The notes under the pieces are model-generated. The model did not search any database. It was not told the origin of the DNA and saw only the letters and a list, made by a program, of their open reading frames with translations. From Selaginella moellendorffii (lineage: Eukaryota > Plantae > Lycopodiophyta): DNA of 64,000 nt. Positions 1 to 12,624 of the stretch are shown here, piece by piece (position 1 is the stretch's first letter; each line of letters starts with the position of its first letter). A program made the position numbers and the translations under genes. Where the stretch lies: NCBI RefSeq assembly GCF_000143415.4, contig NW_003314266.1, positions 1,324,463 to 1,388,462 on the forward strand, read 5' to 3'.

Positions 1-169
1 ACCCGAGAGAAGCGCTGGCCCTGGGATGGATGAGCGAAATCAGTGGAGCGCACTGCCGCATTGTCCTCCCGAAGCTCGCTCTGGCTGGAATTTCGATTCT
101 CTGGCGAGGCGCGACGAATCCAGCTCTGGCGCTCGGCGGCGACCTAGAGAGGAGTCCCTGTTGAGCCAT
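1..169 (-). CDS. 5' end of an unidentified gene running off the window, N-terminus resembles a plastid transit peptide
   Basis: ATG at 169 opens a stop-free frame to the window edge: MAQQGLLSRSPPSARAGFVAPRQRIEIPARASFGRTMRQCAPLISLIHPRASASLG (S/R/A-rich, almost no acidic residues). Confidence 0.45.
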   Translation of the reverse strand, partial: MAQQGLLSRSPPSARAGFVAPRQRIEIPARASFGRTMRQCAPLISLIHPRASASLG

Positions 170-402
170 AGAAAGATTCAAGTGAGAAAAAACCTAGCCG
201 CGCTTTCGCTCTCTATTCCTACCAGTCAAACGAAACTCCAAGAAGGAAAATTGCCACGTTTTATTACGAGGAAGAGGAAGACCAAAAGTAAATCTGGAGA
301 GAACCTAAGGGTCCCGGATTAAAGGCACAGACCTCAAAAAGTTCTTCCCTCTTGTTCTTCTTACACGTAGAGACCATGATGTGTCGATGGAATAATTTAC
401 TT

Positions 403-1200
403 CTAGCCTCGCGATTGCCCAGCTCGGGATGAAAGAATGATCCCCACGATCAATCCGTAGAGAGCCAGCGCCTCGGCGAAGATGAGGATCAAGATCATGC
501 CCACGAAGAGCTTTGGCTGTTGAGCGTTGGCCCTGTGAAAACGATGGAAAGTGAGAAAGCCAGAGAAGAAAACAGAGTGGAGTTTCCAGCAGGGAAATCT
601 TGTGAGGACCAAGCTCCCGATCTTCAAATGATTCGAAGATCATTGAGCCCAGTCCAGAGATCGCTCTGGCTTATAGTTTAGTTGAGCTAAAGCTGGAGAT
701 AGTCAGCAGACACTCGACCGTCTACAAGCGTGAACTAGTCGAAGAAGCAAAACGAAGAAAGAGTTTGGAAACTTTACCTCACTCCAGCGTCTCCAACAAT
801 TCCAATCGCCATCCCAGCCGAGAGACCAGCAAGCCCGCAAGCCAATCCGGAAGAGAGATGCGCGTAGCCATCGAAGAGGTAGTAGGATTTCGCCTTGGGA
901 TTGATCCCAGTGCTGATAATCACCGCGATGATAAGGCCGTAGATGCCGAGAACTCCAGCCATCACCACCGGGACGATCGATTTCATCACGAGCTCCGGTC
1001 TCATGACGCCCATGGACGCCACGCCCACGCCGCTCTTGGCAGTGCCATAGGCAGCTCCCATGCCTGTAATCGATTGATCCATCGCATTGCGATTAGATCA
1101 AAGAGGAAAAAGAATCTGGCTTACAAGAGAAGACGAGAGCTGCGGCAGCGCCGATGAATCCAAAGAATGGCGCCGTCTCATCGCCACTGAAGGCGTCCAT
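403..1200 (-). CDS. VHA-c: V-type H+-ATPase 16 kDa proteolipid subunit c, 3 exons (1200-1125, 1063-778, 532-403)
   Basis: Spliced product [73 protein letters not shown]...[43 protein letters not shown]. Canonical GT-AG introns; 492 nt in frame. Confidence 0.97.
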
Positions 1201-1320
1201 CCCCGACGACATTATTGCGCGCACGAAACCCTAGCTCGCATAAACCCTAATTTCTCCTCAATATCAAAATCTTTCCAAATTTTCGCGCCCAAATGGCTTA
1301 GCTAGGGTTCTTGTTGGCTC
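1201..1320. promoter_or_regulatory. 120-bp bidirectional promoter/5'UTR spacer with telo-box motifs
   Basis: Lies between divergent ATGs at 1200 (-) and 1321 (+). Contains AAACCCTAG (~1226), AAACCCTAA (~1243) and TAGGGTT (~1303). Confidence 0.6.
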
Positions 1321-3577
1321 ATGGCTTCTTCTTCCACGATCGCCATAGGTTTGCTTCGATTCCGGGCGGCATTTAGTTTCTCATGATCTCGTCCGTGTGT
1401 AGGCAACTGCTCGGTGGAGATTTCCGGCGACATCGATTACGAGAAGAATGGGAGGAGGGTTTCTTTCAGCATTCCTGGATTGGGGACTGTTCGTGTGAGC
1501 GCTGCCGGTAAGTTGCTAAGGCTAATCCTGCAGTTAAAGCGCACGGATTCCGGTTTCTTACAGATTCAACCAGCATTGTTCCTGTCAATCCCAATGCTCT
1601 TGACATTGGTTAGTTCTATAGACTAAATGTTAGTTCTTGTGAGCATCGTGTGTTGATCCATCTTACAGCTCGAACCAGCATTGTTCCTGTCCATCCTCAT
1701 GCACTTGACATTGGTCAGCTCTATAGACTAAATGTTTGTTCTTGTGAGCATCGTGTGTTGTTCTTACAGCTCCAACCAGCATTGTTCCTCTCAATCCCGT
1801 AGCTCTTGATACCACAGGGCAGCAGCTGCTGGGGGTATGCTTCCTTTCGTTTTAGCGCCCTAGTTAACTTGGATCGATCTTCTCAAACGGCAGGACGCTC
1901 TCGACCTTTACACCGGCGAATTTTCTACGTCGTGCCGTGCTTACATTTCTGGATGTGTGAAAGATGGAAAGAACGTCACTCTGGTCCTCGCGGAACACCA
2001 ACACGCAAGTGACCAAACTCTAAGAGTTATTGATGCTTATGCTTTGTTTTCCTTACAGGTAGTCGCCGCAATGACTTACCAAATATCTTTCTCAGACGAG
2101 CTTTGTGCTGTGGTTTTACTATCTGCCGTACGAAGTAGTCACCAACGGAAGGCATGTTTCCTATATTCTTTGCGGTAGTCTTTTAGCTTTTTAATTGTCG
2201 TTCTCTCATTCTATAGGGGTTAGGGACACGTTTGTGCATCGAGTTCCAGAGAAGGCTGTGTGATATAGGCGTATCAACAGTGTACTGTTTTGCTGGCAGG
2301 TCCGAGTCCTTCTGGTCTAAACAGGCAAGCTCTTCTGAAAAATATGTGGATATGTATTCATTGTTATGTTTGAAGCAGGGATTTAAACCGTTGGCTGATG
2401 GTAGCACGAAACCAAAGTTTTCTGAACCGCTAGCGTCGTTTTTTACAAGTGATACCAAAGTGATGATTTTTGAGAAGTTTCCCCGAGCAGTTCAAGGTTC
2501 AACTGAACCATCTGCAACGCAGCAACATGCAATGCAACAACATACTGGTAAAACTTGCGGTTCGTAGTTGTCTTTCTTTACGGGATGCTTTCAGATCCCC
2601 CCGGGACTTCAAAGGCCGTAAGGAAAAAGGGCACTAGCAAAAGAAAACGGAACGAAAAGGGTGATCCCTCCTGCCAACCGTTACTTGCATTTTCTCAGCC
2701 GCCTCGTGATTCTCCAGACACTGCAGCTGGAAAGGATGTGGAACCAATCCAGACATGCGGGGAAAGAAGTCCAGTGGTTTTGTTTATGAATATGGCTGAC
2801 GAGCAGCGCAAGCGACAACTAACCAAGGTGCAAAGCTACTGGTTTACAAGCTTTGAATCAAGAGGTATCTGTTTGCAGTTTGTCGAAACGCTTGGAGGGC
2901 AAGTTACAGATACAGGAAGCAAGTGCACTCACGTCTTGACAGGCCAAGTTCGACGAACTATGAACTTCTGTGCAGCTGTTTCTGTCGGGTAAATTGTAAT
3001 TGTTTTTCTCTAAATTGTGTGAAATGTCTATGTGATAGAGCCTGGATTTTATCGCCAGAATGGTTACGATCAAGTGTCGAAGCTAAAACATTCGTAGGTA
3101 AGAACTTTGGAAAGAACATTTTTTGATCGATAAACTTTGATGATCAGATCCTATTCCTTTCGTTCTGGAGGATGCTGACTTCAAGGCAAACTATAACACT
3201 GACGTCGCAAGCGTGATCAAACGCGCAAGAGCGAAGCCACTGTTTCAAGGATTACAAGCTTGTCTGACCCCTCATATCGATCAAGTTCTCCGTGAGCTTA
3301 TCGAATCTGGCTGTGGCAAGGTATACTTTTTCCTAGCTTCATGGGAAACGAATATGATCATTTTCATTTGCAGGTCGTGTCCCGGATTGAGGAGCTTACT
3401 ATGCCAGTGTCAAAATCATTCGTCATCTCTTGCAAAGCCGATGCCATGCAAGCTAGAAACGCTTCAAGCGTCGGGCTTCGAGTCTTCGACACGGAATGGC
3501 TGATTCGCTCTGTAATGAAACAAGAGCTGGATATTGAGGTCAAGGACGGCCTGACGATTGTCACCACCGTTACTTAG
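1321..3577 (+). CDS. GNAT N-acetyltransferase + C-terminal tandem BRCT domain protein (similar in architecture to Arabidopsis At2g41450/BCP2), multi-exon, copy 1 and apparently intact
   Basis: Exons give GNAT motifs VVAAMTYQ...LSAVRSSHQRK|GLGTRLCIEFQRRL...VYCFAGRSESFWSKQ|GFKPL and BRCT motifs VLFMNMADEQRKRQLTK|FVETLGGQVTDTGSKCTHVLTGQVRRTMNFCAAVSVG|AWILSPEWLRSS...RVFDTEWLIRSVMKQELD. Introns are ~50-65 bp. Confidence 0.8.
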
Positions 3578-3984
3578 CTACGAAGCATCATCCTTTTTTT
3601 TGTTTGGGGATTTTTTAAGCTCTTTTTCCCATTTTTGTCTCAGTGTTTGATTTTATTTGCAGGTAATAAATTCAACTGTGAGTTGGATCACCTAACTGTA
3701 AGGAAACATTTCTACTCTGATCTTAATTGATTTTGGGTCTTCTCTCTCTCTCTCTCCTCTCTCTTTCAACAGATAAGCAGGCCATAGAAAACAACACTAG
3801 TAACCCCCACCCATTTATGATTTTCTTCAGAAGCCACCAACAAGAAGATTGTATCAAGTAGCAAAATATTATGAAGAAAAGAAAAAATATATCTTACAGT
3901 CCATATTAGAAACTCAAGATTATTACTCTTGAAGTTTGACAGCCGAGTTCAACACATCAAAGGCACGAAAAATGATATATAGTA

Positions 3985-6060
3985 TAGTATAGTATGAATT
4001 TTGGTTAAGGCTTGATTGAGGTAGCATTTCATTAAGTTCTTATAGATTTATGTATGAATTAAAAATAATAGTAATAATAATAATAATTATTAGTTATTTA
4101 GTCATTGTAATGAAAAAGTATATATTTTTGCATTAGAATTACTCCTAAATCATAAAGTACCTAAATGGCAAATCACGTGTCTTTGGACCTCATAAATAGT
4201 GTCATCCCAATAAACATTAAAACTACAATCATAAATTCTTTTCTATATTGTAAATTATTATTTTATAAAATATGAATTATCTAATTTTTAATCTTAAATT
4301 ATAGGTAGTAAGTCTTTCTGAATATCCAACTATTGTCTTTCAAATAAAAGAAAGAAAAAGAAATTATTCATTACCTCTCTTCACCATGAACAGTGTAACT
4401 GTTGCATTTGAGGCAACAACCACGCTATTAGTGTGTTTCAGAACCTTAGGACAAACAAGAAATAAGGGGGGTTATTTTACTAATCAACATTAGTAACCAA
4501 TCAGTTAATCAACCTTAATCCATACCTATTAACTTCTTCTTAGAATATTTCTAAATAATGCCTTTAATATTTTGTTGCACTAATCTGCATACTTTTAACT
4601 AATATATCTATATTTGAAGATGTGGTGCAAACTCTTGAACTATTATTAGATTTGAATTTGATTGGAAATGAATTTGTTGGTAACACATTCCCTACTACTA
4701 CAAACCAATTAATACCAGCTGAACAAGTATTTTATCTTATGGTCTCTAGTACATATTGCAGCAAATGCATCAAAAGGGAAGGCTCAAAGTAGCGATTGAG
4801 AGGACAAAAAAAATAGCTAAAAAAATTAAGATTGAGTGAAAACACCAAAAGGAAGTCATTGAGAAGAAAGTGTATTTATTTGAGAACTTAGAACCAGGGA
4901 GGTGGTGAATGCTAGAACAGAGGCTCATGTGCTAAACAATAGCAGCTAGATTACCAAAAAAAAAAAATGAATATATACAAATAGTTGAGAGGTTGATTGT
5001 GAGTGACACATGCTGGAAGGAATTCATTTTTGGTCATGACATAAATAATGACTCAAATAGTGAGATGATAATACACATAAACATAAGCTTGGTGTGGGGG
5101 AAATAGATCCCATGAAATCCAATTCTCTCCTGAACACAGGTTTTTTCAAACTAGACTCTCTAAAGTGGAATGCAAGTTAAAGTAAACTTGGATAAAAAAG
5201 AAAGCCTTTTAGGGGACTTCTAATGGGACAAATCTTGATTTGCTGTTAGAGGGGTATGTTCTATTTCCTTCAAGCCATATTCCTTGTTTGTTTTATAAAT
5301 TGATTGATATCTTAACCACCATAAAAAATAGTTAGAAACATTATACAATGGTTTTGTTTATAACTCATAAGTGAGTTCCAGGATCTGATGTGCTTTGCCT
5401 TCCCGCTCATCCGCCTCCACTTCAAGATCACACCAATCTAAGCCAGCGGGAGGGAGTTAACAATCACTCAATTGCTATTTACATAATCTTTGGGAGCTTG
5501 GAGGGAGCAGCTTAAAGAATCTAATACAGGAGAGAAAAAAAACTTAAGTCGATAATTAATTTGGGTTGATTTTAGAATGATCGAATATAGTTTTTCCACA
5601 TTTTCTCACTACCATTTTTTAATGGAATTATAACTCTGAAATAACAACATGGGTGATTAAAAAAACTGAACTTCAAAATGTTATATGTGTATGTCACAAA
5701 AGATAGACTCATCTCTAGTTACTTTCACATTGCTGGTAAATAAACTTATTCAGATAAATACTATATCATTTTTTGTATTGTGGTGTATGTTTTCTAGTTT
5801 TAGTAATTAACTAGTTAATATATAATTAGAATCACTCAAGTTAGTAGTATAGTTTTAAAAGTTAACACTAAAATGTCGTTAATTTGAACTAAATTTTATT
5901 ATTTATTTCAAAAACTTTTAAATTGTATTATTTATACTACTAACACTCTTTTATTAATAAAATTTAGCTCCTGTTAATTAATAACATTAAATAACAGATT
6001 TAATTACCATTCTCAAAATAAAAAATAACATAATTTTTTTTAATATAATTATTTACCCCT
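3985..6060. repeat. AT-rich ~2 kb block, copy A (homologous to ~30865-32900 and ~47230-48820)
   Basis: Shared blocks such as GCATTAGAATTACTCCTAAATCATAAAGTACCTAAAT, GAATATTTCTAAAT(A/G)ATGCCTTTAATA, GGGTTGATTTTAGAATGAT and AGATAGACTCAT recur in two or three copies. Confidence 0.85.
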
Positions 6061-6729
6061 AACTGTGTTTGAAATCATTCTTATACATTTAAAAGAGCAA
6101 GGAGTTTTAGGTTTATGTATTTTTTTGAAAGTGCAATCAGGCTCATTAGTGAAGTTGATTTCTTCCAGTACATATGATAAACCTATGGAGTCCCTAAATT
6201 TTGTGTGGGATGTAAGGGAAAGAAATGTTAGGAGTCGGACGTGAGGTTTCAGTTGAATTCCTCATCAAGTCAGATGTGAGGCATTTTTTATGTGAGCACC
6301 AAGATGTTGATGTATTCTAAATCAACTGCTTGTTTAATTCTAGTGCTTTGAAAATATCGAGAATGTTCAAAGAAAAACGACTTGCAAGGAAGGCAAGAAC
6401 ATTATCAAAAAGAAGTTACACCAGGTCGAAGGATTGCATACATCACTAAATGGGCTCCTATGCACCAAGGACACCCTCTCAATCCTTTGAATTTTAGAGT
6501 TTGATCAAAGGCAAGTCTGCTTCTCTTTCCAGAAGAAAAATAAAACCAATTTTCCAAACAGGTTGCAAAGTGAGAGGACAAACCGCTTGTGAAGTGTTTT
6601 TGACAGACAGCACTGAGGAAAAACTGTGATCGGAAAGGTAAGCTCTTAAGTTCTTAGACACATTTAAGTTCTCTGAGTTCTTAAAAACTTGATTCTTTTG
6701 TCTAAAACTTTTTTTGCAATACTTTATAG

Positions 6730-7850
6730 GTGTGCAACTTGATGGTAGTGAACCCATTCATCAAAGACTCTTGGAGAGAACAGAAAAAGAAGGTGCCAAA
6801 GTTGTTAGTGTTTTGCTGACATACACTATTAATTTCCAGGATTCACATGACCACTATTTGAGGGCTTCCTGATGCAAATCTTTGGAAGTTTGTAACCCAC
6901 CTCTATTGTCTACAGGCCGAGGGTGTCTACAATCAAAGGCTGCAAAACATTACCATCACATTTGACAAGGTAAATGTTCCTCTCTTTTGTTCTTCGTGTT
7001 TTTCTTATTGATGATGTTTTCTTTTGCCAGTTTCAGGTGAGGTACATGGAGGCACCACCTCTTTTGAAAAAGATCGATCAAAAGAAATTCGTTTCACAAC
7101 TGTGGAGTGCAAAGAATTTGATTGTGAATGAGTTGCCAGCAGATAGATTAGCTGAGTTGAAGTGGCAGGTTCAAGAGCATACACCAGATGATAGGGAAGT
7201 CTCCGGGAGTAACTCTTATGGTACGTTTTCTCCTTGTGTTGTTCTCGCTGATGATTTCTTTAGGTTAAGAGATATGCTGTGAGGTTTAGAGCCGACAGTG
7301 TTGTCAAGACATGATGCAGCTACAGACCTGGTTCAGATGTACATGTATACTCAAAGCTTCTTTATACGCGAGGTATGTGTCTCTATGGTTTGTGTTCATT
7401 GTCTCATCACGCATATTTTACTGTAGGAGCATGGCACCTTTGAGTCCCCTCCAATTGAAATAAGCTCCCTGGATCTTGGCAAGCATACCTCTTGCCACAA
7501 GTGGAAGAAGACGTACAATAAGGAGTATATGCTCATATCCTTGTTCAAACAGACATGCACTGATCCTGGTGCCAGCCTTATACAGCAATGAAGAGGCTGC
7601 TTGGGTGCTCCTAGATTTCTTATCCTGCTACACCAAGGGCTTGCAAAAAGATTCTTGGTATGTGTATGGATCCAGGTTTCAAGAAGAAATGTTGAATGGA
7701 ACATTCGATGATCTCTCATTTCTCTCAATTTTTGTGACTAACTTGGTTCTTGTCGTGCAGGAGCGTTCGTTAGAAGTGGCCAAAGTCATAGTTTTGGGAG
7801 TTCAAGAATAACAGAGGGTTGTTTAGGAGTCCAATGCTGGATGCATTGAG
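6730..7850 (+). pseudogene. ATXR3: Fragment of H3K4 methyltransferase ATXR3/SDG2 (C-terminal region, introns retained, stops and frameshifts)
   Basis: AEGVYNQRLQNITITFDK|VRYMEAPP..., RHDAATDLVQMYMYTQSFFIRE|EHGTFESPPIEISSLDLG...KKTYNKEY, RGCL..., YGSRF...EWPKS*FWEFKNNRGLFRSPMLDA match the plant ATXR3 C-terminus as recalled (AEGVYNQRLQNLAVTLDKVRY; DAAADLIHIYAYTKCFF; WPKDKIWTFK..FGSPMFDA). Confidence 0.8.
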
Positions 7851-7998
7851 ATTCTGTTTCTTTTATTCGTGTCCAGACACCTGACGGCCTTTGGGCTAAA
7901 CATTCTAAAGTTGTCTATCCAAATGTTTGAAAGGTTTATTTAACTTATGCTTAGTCTAACAAACTCTCCAGTTTTCTTGTTTGTTTTTTAAATGCAGA

Positions 7999-8372
7999 TT
8001 CAAACTAGTGGTGAGAAACTGGGACTCCACCATTTTCAGCCTGTTGGGTTTGGTGACACAGGAAGGTCTTATATATGGGATTAAAAAGCCTTTTTGTGAT
8101 GGTAGTGTACAATTAGTAGAGTTGAAAGGTTCTTGCAATATTTTGCCATGAAAAGCATGGACAAGAGCGTGATGATAAGCAGAAATAAATCCCTGTCAAC
8201 TTTGAAACTAACACTGATCTTTTGAACAAATTCATTGTGCATGTGCCAAAAGAGCTTTCTAAATTGACTTTTTCCTTGCAGACCATGACTTATGTTTTCT
8301 TAGTGATAGACTTTTATCCTGGAGGGGAACTCTTTCTTCAACTGGAGAAACAACCAATAAAATGTTTTAAAG
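7999..8372 (+). pseudogene. PHOT: Phototropin (AGCVIII) kinase-domain N-lobe fragment
   Basis: IQTSGEKLGLHHFQPVGFGDTG|SVQLVELKGS..FAMKSMDKSVMISRNK..QTMTYVFLVIDFYPGGELFLQLEKQP corresponds to the phototropin GLKHFRPVKPLGSGDTGSVHLVEL..FAMKAMDK..DYYPGGELF motifs. Deleted and frameshifted. Confidence 0.8.
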
Positions 8373-9245
8373 TTCTAAGTGATCTAATAAAGCATGTGTG
8401 TATAGATGGTCATGGTACACTTTTTTACCCTAATAAAATATCTTTTAAAACTTATTTTTATTCAGTCCAGTTCCTTGCTAGTCAAGTTGTAAATTAGCTA
8501 GTCCCAACAAATTATTGAGATTAGAGTGAGAGAAATTTATTTTTCTCTTTCTCTTTGGGGAATGGCACCCGAGTTAGCTTCTCTTGATCTGGTCATCGTG
8601 TGTAGGCAACTGCTCGGTGGAGATTTCAGAAGAATGAAAGGAGGGTTTCTTTCAGCATTCCTAGATTGGGGACTGTTCGTGTGAGCACTGCCAGTAAGTT
8701 GCTAAGGCTAATCCTGCAGTTAAAGCGCACAGATTCATCGATTTTCTTACAAATCCAACCAGCATTGTTCCTGTCAATCCCAATGCTCTTGACAGTGGTT
8801 AGTTCTATAGACTAAATATTAGTTCTTGTGAGCATCGTGTGTTCATCCATCTTCTTACAGCTCCAACCAGCATTGTTCCTGGTCAGTTCTATAGACTAAA
8901 TGTTTGTTCTTGTGATCATTGTGTGTTGTTCTTACAGCTCCAACCAGCATTGTGTGTTGTTCTTGCAGCTCCAACCAGCATTGTTCCTCTCAATCCCATA
9001 GCTCTTGATACCACAGGGCAGCAGCTGTTGGAGGTATGCTTCCTTTTGTTTTAGTGCCCTAGTTAACTTGGATTGATCTTCTCAAACGGCAGGATGCTCT
9101 CGACCTTTACACCAGCGAATTTTCTATGTCGTGCAATGCTTATATTTCTGGATGTGTGAAAGATGCAAAGAATGTCATGCTGGTCCTTGTGGAACACCAA
9201 CACGCAAGTGACCAAACTCTAAGAGTTATTGATGCTTATGCTTAT

Positions 9246-11130
9246 GCTTGAAGATAGATTTTTTTGTGATGAAGCTTACGGGCCATGCTTTTTCGTGGTG
9301 GAAGAACTACATCAAAGCTAATATGAAGTTGACTTCTTGGATTGATTTGACAAAGGTTTTCTGCACTTTGTTTGTTAAGAAGTTTGAAGAGGTTGATCTT
9401 GTGAACCAATTGTTAGAGATCCGGCAGGGGACTTTGTTTTTGGATGCGTATGCTCGCAAGTTTTGTGATCTTTGCCTTAGTCTCATGGGCACCTATAATG
9501 AGCTACTAAAGGTGCAATGTTTCATCAAAGGATTGAGCTCAGTGGATGTGCAGCAGAAGGTCAAGAAGGATTTTCTAGCAACATTGATTGATGCTATCAC
9601 TAAGGCTCAGATCTTTTCGCCCAAACCGTCAGTCAACTCTGGTCAACAAGATGGTCTACGGAGTAGTCAACGTGATGACCAACTTGCCAATACTTTATAT
9701 TCGTGGAAGAAATGGCCATTGTTCCATTGTGGCTCGAAGCATGAAGATGGCAATGAGGCTAAGAAACTTCGTTTGGACCAGCGAGAGAAGGACAAGGCGG
9801 AGGGCAATTGTTTTTGTTGCCACATAGCTGGACACTAGAGCAAGGATTGTTCTGAAGGGGTCAATGAATGATAAGGAATGGTGACATTATTTGTATGGAT
9901 TGGGCTTCCATGTGGATTCAGACCATTAGTCTCTCTAATACTTCAGTTGACAAAAGGATCTTCAAGGCCGCCTTGTTTGTTAGCAAGAGTTCCTGCAGGA
10001 AATGTCTATTAAGATCTGGTACAAACATGGAGGTGATAATAAGATAGCTGATGCATTATCCAAGATAGTAAATTCTATCTCGTTCGTGAATTTATCCAAT
10101 GATCTCTTGGATGAGCTTAAGGAGTTTGCTGACTTCAACTCTTTTATCACTGATATTCGTGCGAAGGTTTTGTTGAGGGATGCCTTTACAGATTTAAAGG
10201 GTGACAAGTTTGCGTCATTCGAGATACAAAATGGAATCCTGGTGAAGAAGGGATATGTAGTGGTTCCTCGTGTTGACAAACTTATCAAACGGATTTTGGT
10301 TGAGTGTCATGATGTGCCAAGTGCTAGGCATCCAGGGGTATTAAGAACATATATGTTGGTGAAGAGGCATTTCTTTTGGCTTGAGATGAAGTCAGATGTT
10401 GAGAAGTATGCTTTGACTTTGGATGTGTATGCTTACAAGTTCTGTGATCTTTAGTGGTGAGCAATACGGCCATGGAGAAAAAATGGCAAGTTTCGCAAGT
10501 TTAGTGGTGACCATCCATAATCTAATGGGTAGACAGAGCGCATGAATTAGGTATTAGAAGATATGCTAAGGTCTTTTGTAGGAAATTTGACTCGATATGG
10601 ATAAGTGCTTTTGCTTCAATTTGCTCACAATAGTGCTCACCAATTGGCTATTGGGGCATGTCTCCCTTTATGGCGATGTATGGCTATGAGCCTAAGTGTC
10701 CTGTGAGTTTGAATTTGGCTTTGGTTCGGGTACCTCATGCTTGTGATTTCCTAGAGGATATGCAAGATAAGCTTGAGTTGGCAAAGTTGAACATAAGGCA
10801 AGCTCAAGAGCAAGACAAAAGATTGGCTGATGAGCATCGTAATCATCAAGAGTACAAAGCTGGTGACAAGGTTTTTCTTAAGTTGTCGGATGAACAATGG
10901 TCTCTGAAAGGAGGTGAGCAATACGGCCATGGAGAAAAGATGTGCAAACAGCAACACCAACATTGTGACAAACGGCCATGAAAGAAAGAAAGTAATACGG
11001 CTTTCTCACATGATAATACAGTCATGGAAAAAACAAAAGAATGAGAATAGAACAAACAGCTCAAATCATATAGCAATACGGCTATAGAACTCAATTCTCA
11101 ATACAGCTCATGTACACAAGAGGATGTGAG
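9246..11130 (+). mobile_element. Degenerate Ty3/gypsy retrotransposon fragment (gag, RNaseH end, integrase)
   Basis: Gag KLTGHAFSWW...LLEIRQG...CFCCHIAGH zinc knuckle (9248-9840); NKIADALSK; integrase ILVECHDVPSARHPGVLRTY...FFWLEMKSDVEKY; HP*SNG*TERMN; SPFMAMYGYEP. Confidence 0.88.
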
Positions 11131-12624
11131 TTCTAGAGAAGGTTGTGTGATATAGGTGTATCAACAATGTACTGTTTTGCTGGCAGGTCTGAGAAGTTTT
11201 GGTCTAAACAAGCAAGCTCTTCTGAAAAATATGTGGAAATGTATTCAGTGCTATGTTTGAAGCAAGGATTTAAATTGTTGGCTGATGGTAGCATGAAACC
11301 AATGTTTGCTGAATTGCTAGCATCATTTTTTATAAGTGATACCAAAGTGATGATTTTTGAGAAGTTTCCCCCCAAGCACTTCAAGGTTCATATAGGATAA
11401 CTGAACCACATGCAATGCAACAACATACTATGGCATGCAATTTGTAGACTGTGTGCAGACAATCATACACAAGCGTCTGAACAACTGAGTGCATAAGACC
11501 ACCCATGTGTTGTCCTCCAATTCATCTACAATTTTATGGCATAATATGCCCATCGGATGGCCATGGCATGTTTCCACTATCACTCCATACATGCACATGT
11601 ATGGACTGTTATTCTTGACCATAGCCAAGTGAAGTTATCTAGAGAGTTTATGTTTTCTCTCTATGACAAATTTTGGCTTGATGATTTTGGGTTACTTATC
11701 TATGTGGAGTTGCTCAAAGGAGAAATATCAATCAAGCAAGGGATCAAGCTCATGCAAAAATGGTTTTTAATAAAGCATGCATGCATCTTTTGTGGGTGAG
11801 TCCATCCCTTTGGACTCACCCAATTTGCTTAGATTTTTTGCTTAGACAACAATGGTGAAATAATCATAATGAGTAAGAAAGATCATATGCCTGATTAATA
11901 CATCCTTTTTAACTACACATTTGGACAAGAAGGCAATTTCACTTATTTAAACCTTAACTATCATGTTAAAATACAACCTTAAAATTATATATCTAAAGCT
12001 TCAAAGCCCATTGAGCAGTACAATCAACTAAATTCTTGTTGATTATGATGGTCTTATAAGTGGTGAGTCGTGGGATGAATAGTGGTGGAGCGCTAAACCA
12101 TTTTGCTTAAAGATCCAATTTGGTGAACTAATGACTTTGCTTCAAATGGTTTAGAAGATTGATAGTATAAGGTATACATTTAGAATGATCACATTATTTA
12201 ATAAAGGAGAGGAATAGAAAAGGGCTTAATGTTGAGCATAAATTTGATATATTAACTTAGGGGTTAGTAGTTTGTCTTAGTCCTTAATATTGCTGCCCAA
12301 GATAGGATTCAATGGGCATGGTAGACAAGTTTGCTGGTAGGAGGTGAAATCTATTTCCTCTTTGTAGATCATTTGGTTTTTTCTATTGCAATGTCAAAAC
12401 TGTTTGGCCTAGGATATTTCTCAATGGCATATGTGGAAGTATTTAGTTTATATAGGCTTTTCAATTTACCTTATCTAATTGGAGAAGTAGGTCTATTGGA
12501 GGATGAAGAACATAGTTGCATACTATAGCACTAATGTTTCTGATGAATTAAGTGTTGAGAGTGAGATTATTGAGGATAGAGATGTTTTTGAGGTAAGTTA
12601 AATTATTGTATTATTATTATTATT

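Noticed and set aside
765-1157. 130-aa plus-strand ORF and similar antisense ORFs over gag, the transposase and the cargo gene
   Set aside because: Antisense shadows of real coding sequence on the other strand.
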